64,000 nt of DNA. Origin: Desulfatiglandales bacterium. GTDB taxonomy: Bacteria > Desulfobacterota > DSM-4660 > Desulfatiglandales > Desulfatiglandaceae. The stretch spans positions 96,001 to 160,000 of the forward strand of contig OY762721.1 of the NCBI GenBank assembly GCA_963666345.1, read 5' to 3'. The position numbers and the translations under genes are program-made. The notes beneath the pieces are model-generated. The model made no database searches, was not told the origin of the DNA, and saw only the letters and a list, made by a program, of their open reading frames with translations. Positions 59,963 to 64,000 of this stretch are shown piece after piece (position 1 is the first letter of the stretch; each line of letters starts with the position of its first letter).

Positions 59963-60826
59963 ATGGAAATAAAAAAGGTAGGCGTTGTCGGTGCCGGTAC
60001 TATGGGAAGCGGAATTGCGCAGATCGCTGCACAGATAGGCTGCCAGGTTGTGATGAGGGATATAGAGTCTTCTTTTGTCGACCGGGGTATCGCAGGCATT
60101 GAGAAATTTTTATCAAAAGGCATTGAAAAGGGAAAGCTGGATAGTGTTGAAAAGGATAAGATACTTGGAAGAATAACAGGAACGACTGACATGTCGATGC
60201 TTGAGGATGTCGATCTGGCGATAGAAGTGGTCATTGAGGACCTGGCGCTCAAAAAAAAGGTATTCAAGGAGCTTGACGACCTTTGCAGATCAGAGGTGAT
60301 AATCGCATCCAATACTTCATCCATGTCCATTACCGAAATCGCTGCAGCCACCAAACGCCCTGATAAGGTATGTGGAATGCATTTTTTCAATCCCGTACCG
60401 CTCATGAAACTGGTTGAAATTATCCGGGGACATGAAACAAGCGATGAGACCGTTGATAGTGCAACCGGCCTTGCCCGAAAAATGGGCAAAATAACGGTTG
60501 AAGTAAAAAAGGATTCACCAGGTTTCATCGTAAACAGGATTATGATTCCCCACATGCTGGAAGCGATAAAGATAGTGGAAGAGGGTATCGCCACAATAGA
60601 GGATGTTGATACTGCGGTGAAAAACGGACTCAATTATCCGATGGGGCCCTTTGAGCTGATGGACCTTACAGGTATAGATATCGCATACTTTGTTACTGAA
60701 TATTTCTATAAGGAACTGAACAAGGAGTCCAAATGGGTTTCGCCTAATCTGCTCAAGACCATGATCAGGGCAGGAAAGCTGGGAAGGAAGACAGGCGGCG
60801 GATGGTATGATTTCGGAAACCGGTGA
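59963..60826 (+). CDS. hbd: 3-hydroxybutyryl-CoA dehydrogenase
   Basis: GAGTMGSGIA, SNTSS, GMHFFNP, PGFIVNR, PMGPF and GRKTG. Confidence 0.92.
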   Translation: MEIKKVGVVGAGTMGSGIAQIAAQIGCQVVMRDIESSFVDRGIAGIEKFLSKGIEKGKLDSVEKDKILGRITGTTDMSMLEDVDLAIEVVIEDLALKKKVFKELDDLCRSEVIIASNTSSMSITEIAAATKRPDKVCGMHFFNPVPLMKLVEIIRGHETSDETVDSATGLARKMGKITVEVKKDSPGFIVNRIMIPHMLEAIKIVEEGIATIEDVDTAVKNGLNYPMGPFELMDLTGIDIAYFVTEYFYKELNKESKWVSPNLLKTMIRAGKLGRKTGGGWYDFGNR

Positions 60827-60859
60827 GAGACTCTTTCCGCACAGCTCTAATGAGACAAA

Positions 60860-60897
60860 TAAAATGAGGCAGTTTCATATGAGACTGCCTCATTTTT
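60860..60897. terminator. Bidirectional intrinsic terminator
   Basis: AAAATGAGGCAGTTTCA-ta-TGAGACTGCCTCATTTT between convergent genes. Confidence 0.8.
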
Positions 60898-60927
60898 ATA
60901 TATGGAACCTTTTGATATAAAGGAAGG

Positions 60928-61017
60928 CTACTTGTTCTTATGGCGCATCTTTTTTTTGAGTTTTCGGTGTTTGTGCTTTGTGATTTTTTTCCTGCGCTTT
61001 TTTACTACGCTTCCCAT
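60928..61017 (-). CDS. 29-aa AURKAIP1/COX24-domain protein (bS22/mS38-like ribosomal protein)
   Basis: Translates as MGSVVKKRRKKITKHKHRKLKKKMRHKNK with a GGAGGT RBS. Too short for the ORF track. Confidence 0.9.
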   Translation of the reverse strand: MGSVVKKRRKKITKHKHRKLKKKMRHKNK

Positions 61018-61200
61018 TCAATATGACCTCCATGTATTTGTTAGCGATATCTCTAGCATTTCAGCAGAAGGAGTGTCAACAAGTATTTTGATCGGTAAGA
61101 AGAGGAAATGCCCTCCACGGGCGGCAAGGGCAGGCGATAAATCTGAGGTTTTCGTAGACAGGCATATTAGTTTACATAATATATCTTATCAGACGTTACC

Positions 61201-62085
61201 CTAATATCTCTTTCCGCTCTCTTTCTTTTTCCTTTTTCTTTCATACAGCTGTTTGTCGGAACTGTTAACCAGGTCTTCTGCGTTCATCTGTTTCGTGTGT
61301 TCAAAAAAACCGAATGTCGCACCAAGTCCGCACTCCTTTCCGATAGCGGCCTCAATCCTTTCACCAATGTTAAAACCAGCTTTCACGGTAGCACCTATAA
61401 GTATCACGGCGAATTCATCACCGCCGTACCTATAGCCGCTGTCCACCCCCTGTCTGATGTTGGCCTTTATTATCTCGCCTACCTTTTTTAACACCTCATC
61501 GCCCGCAAGATGCCCGTATGTGTCGTTGTAATTTTTGAAATTATCAAGATCAAGAAGTATTAACGACACCTTGTTTCGCTGTCTTGTAGCCCTTGTTATT
61601 TCTTCTGTAAGGCGCATGAAAAAATGCCGCTGGTTAAAAAGGCTGGTTAGGGAGTCGGTAACAGACAGCTCGCTCAATAGGCTCTTTGTGTTACGCTCCT
61701 TTATTGCCCTGATGAATTTAGCCTCCAGTTCCTCGATGCCGAAAGGCTTGTCAATGTAGTCTGTGGCTCCCGAGTTTATTACGTCCATATAACCGTATTC
61801 TGTTGAATATCCGGTCATGGCTATGCAAAGGATCTCCGGGAAATCCGTGGTGATTCGCCCTATTAACTCCAGCCCGTTCATCTCGGGCATCCTAATATCG
61901 GTAAGGACGAAGGTATAAAGATTTTCCTTTGCCTCGATCTCCTCAAGTGCCTTCTTTGCCGATCCGACCGATTCGGAGTTAAATCCAACCGATTTGAGCA
62001 TCTCAACAATCGGCTGCCTGATATCCTCTTCATCGTCAACCACAAGGATAGTTTCTTCGCTGTAATCTATGTTTATCTGTTCCAT
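61201..62085 (-). CDS. Response-regulator diguanylate cyclase (REC-GGDEF)
   Basis: VVDDE, TDIRMP and KPF in the receiver; DLDNFK, GHLAGD and RYGGDEF in the cyclase domain. Confidence 0.92.
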   Translation of the reverse strand: MEQINIDYSEETILVVDDEEDIRQPIVEMLKSVGFNSESVGSAKKALEEIEAKENLYTFVLTDIRMPEMNGLELIGRITTDFPEILCIAMTGYSTEYGYMDVINSGATDYIDKPFGIEELEAKFIRAIKERNTKSLLSELSVTDSLTSLFNQRHFFMRLTEEITRATRQRNKVSLILLDLDNFKNYNDTYGHLAGDEVLKKVGEIIKANIRQGVDSGYRYGGDEFAVILIGATVKAGFNIGERIEAAIGKECGLGATFGFFEHTKQMNAEDLVNSSDKQLYERKRKKKESGKRY

Positions 62086-62121
62086 TTGAAGAAATCCGTT
62101 CGCCCCTGAATTTATAAAGGT

Positions 62122-63438
62122 TCAGACGAGTTCCCCTCTGAGGGAATTTACAAAGGCACTTTTAATTTTTACCTTAACTAGTCTATTTATATTATTGTTA
62201 TTGCTATTAAAATTAACTATTTTATTGCTGGAGGTTCTCCCGCTCATCTGATCACCTCTTTTACTCTTTCCCTCTACGAGAACCGCCACTACCTTATCCT
62301 TAAGCTGGCTGTTTTTCTCGAGGGTGATCTGTTTCTGCAGACTTTGAAGGACTTCCAATCGTGAGCTTTTTTCAGCCTCGCTTACCTTTTTTCCCATTTT
62401 TTCAGCTAATGTACCTTTTCTATCAGAATATTTAAAGGAAAAAAGTCCGTCGAATCTGACCGATCTTACCAGATCCAAGGTGTCCTGGAAGTCATTGTCA
62501 TCTTCACCGGGGAATCCGACCATAACATCGCTTGTAATTGCAATAAAAGGGTTTACCTTTCTCAGTTTTTCTATGAGAAGCAGATAGTCTTCCCTTGTGT
62601 ATCGCCTTCTCATTTCGGAAAGCACCTTGTTTGAACCGGCCTGAAAAGGCAGGTGTATGTGAGGGCAGAGGTTTTCCAATTCACCGAAACATTTGATTAA
62701 TTCATCCGAAAGGTCCTTTGGATGGGACGTGGTAAAGCGCAACCGTAATAGACCTTTAACACCTGACAGCAGCTTAAGCAGTCTGGGGAAACCATAACTT
62801 TCCCCTTCATTCCAGCTGTATGAGTTCACGTTTTGACCAAGAAGGGTTATATCCCTCACATCTTGAGATACGAGGCCGACTGCCTCCTCAAGGATAGAGT
62901 CGGGTGACCTGGAAATTTCCCGTCCCCTCACATACGGCACGATACAATAGGAACAAAAATTATTACACCCTTCCATAATCGATATCTGACCGGATGTTCT
63001 TCCCTTGAAATAGGAGCTGGCGTCCGTTGGCGGAATTGGGGGCCGCCCTTTGGAATCCGTTGCCACTATAGGGTTCCCCCCCCTTTCAAGCAATCTCAGG
63101 GACCCCTTGAATCTATCTATCTGCCTTGGACCCATAACAAGATCAAGCAGCGGAAATCGCTTGATGAGCCCAGCACCTTTTTCCTGCGCAAGGCAGCCGA
63201 TAACAGCCATTTTTATTTCCGGCCTCTTTTTCTTGATCGCGCTCATCCTGCCGAGCATGCTGTAGGCCTTTTGTTCCGGTTTGGCTCTTACCGTGCAGGT
63301 ATTGACAATTAACAAATCGGCCGACTGGGGCTCTTTCAGCTGCACGTACCCCTCACTAACGAGGGTCCTGGCGATCAGATCCGAGTCGTATTCATTCATC
63401 TGACAGCCCATGGTATTGATAAAGAATGTCTTTTTCAA
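62122..63438 (-). CDS. miaB: tRNA methylthiotransferase MiaB
   Basis: GCQMNEYDS, NTCTVR, GCNNFCSYC, RFTTSHP and C-terminal TRAM domain. Start likely the TTG at 63438. Confidence 0.95.
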   Translation of the reverse strand: MKKTFFINTMGCQMNEYDSDLIARTLVSEGYVQLKEPQSADLLIVNTCTVRAKPEQKAYSMLGRMSAIKKKRPEIKMAVIGCLAQEKGAGLIKRFPLLDLVMGPRQIDRFKGSLRLLERGGNPIVATDSKGRPPIPPTDASSYFKGRTSGQISIMEGCNNFCSYCIVPYVRGREISRSPDSILEEAVGLVSQDVRDITLLGQNVNSYSWNEGESYGFPRLLKLLSGVKGLLRLRFTTSHPKDLSDELIKCFGELENLCPHIHLPFQAGSNKVLSEMRRRYTREDYLLLIEKLRKVNPFIAITSDVMVGFPGEDDNDFQDTLDLVRSVRFDGLFSFKYSDRKGTLAEKMGKKVSEAEKSSRLEVLQSLQKQITLEKNSQLKDKVVAVLVEGKSKRGDQMSGRTSSNKIVNFNSNNNNINRLVKVKIKSAFVNSLRGELV

Positions 63439-63451
63439 AAATGAGTTCCCT

Positions 63452-63673
63452 TCATCCTGATATTTCCTCAATTAAAAGCCCCTCTTCCTTGCTGAGGCTT
63501 TCAACCAGGTCTGATAAAAGTGCTTCTCCACCCCGGCTTATGATTATTTCAATTTTAGCATAATAGGGATCAAGAGTGCTTACCTGGGCGAGTCCGTCAT
63601 ACGATTCGATCGTATATCTTAGATAGCTTATATCACGCCTATTCACTCGAAAAATGCGCCTACTGCTTTCCAT
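63452..63673 (-). CDS. DUF4911-like small protein
   Basis: RRDISYLRYTIESYDGLAQVSTLD; lies directly upstream of miaB. Confidence 0.75.
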   Translation of the reverse strand: MESSRRIFRVNRRDISYLRYTIESYDGLAQVSTLDPYYAKIEIIISRGGEALLSDLVESLSKEEGLLIEEISG

Positions 63674-64000
63674 CTTCACACTTCTTGTTAAAGGTGGCCC
63701 CGCCCCACATCAATTTATTCCTGAGTATCTCGTAATAACTCTGGTCGGGCGGCCTTAGAAGTTTTATCTCTTTGTCCGATTTGCACATCACAACCGTGTC
63801 ACCCAATTTGAGATCAAAGCCAACCTGCCCGTCAAATGTAAGGATCACGGCATCCTCGCTTTCGGCAACTATCCCCACACTTATGGAGGCCGTATCCGGA
63901 ACGATTATCGGTCGGTTGGTAAGGGTGAAGGGACAGATAGGCGTCAAGACAAAGCTGTCTACCGTGGGATAAACAATAGGTCCTCCTGCGGAAAGATTAT
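63660..64000 (-). CDS. nadK: NAD kinase, C-terminal part (5' end outside window)
   Basis: NLSAGGPIV, LTPICPFTLTNRP, FDGQ and YYEILRNKLMWG. Confidence 0.92.
   Translation of the reverse strand, partial: NLSAGGPIVYPTVDSFVLTPICPFTLTNRPIIVPDTASISVGIVAESEDAVILTFDGQVGFDLKLGDTVVMCKSDKEIKLLRPPDQSYYEILRNKLMWGGATFNKKCEDGKQ

Noticed and set aside
59938..60633. 231-aa minus-strand ORF
   Set aside because: Antisense shadow of hbd with Ser/Ile-rich mirror composition.
60902..61204. 100-aa plus-strand ORF
   Set aside because: Overlaps the bS22-like gene on the opposite strand; its Phe-rich stretch is the mirror of Lys codons.
18669..64000. pncA, cinA and nadK as an NAD-salvage island
   Set aside because: The genes are about 18-25 kb apart in unrelated transcription units.

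Overview
Chromosomal housekeeping and metabolic region of an anaerobic bacterium; the gene repertoire suggests Desulfobacterota (inference). No rRNA, tRNA, CRISPR array, prophage or intact transposase was seen. Left to right: PBP1A (5'-truncated) and an aminotransferase; a TetR-headed acyl-CoA cluster (two thiolases, crotonase, isobutyryl-CoA-type B12 mutase subunits, MeaB, XRE-cupin regulator, acyl-CoA dehydrogenase); split RsmF-like methyltransferase; M29 aminopeptidase; a frameshifted YprB-like exonuclease pseudogene; kdsD with a catalytically degenerate DapA-like protein; pncA; a Cys-nucleophile alpha/beta hydrolase; a USP; an HTH-fused class III adenylate cyclase preceded by an ATTAGAC repeat array; a radical SAM-sirC-ccsA-hemA-moaE-moaC-DUF2520 run; a TRAP transporter; acyl-CoA dehydrogenase/ETF/CinA; an antiporter, a second USP and a zinc-ribbon protein with a possible Sec codon; a TPAT (TatT-type TRAP) system with an extra TPR protein; rmlD; a flavin oxidoreductase; a liv-type ABC transporter; a ParB-like / SPL-like radical SAM / NfuA-like module; hbd; an unannotated 29-aa bS22-like ORF; a REC-GGDEF protein, miaB, DUF4911 and nadK (truncated). 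The best candidates for an undescribed system are the ParB-like + SPL-like radical SAM module and the DNA-binding adenylate cyclase with its upstream repeat array. All family calls come from motif recognition; no searches were run.
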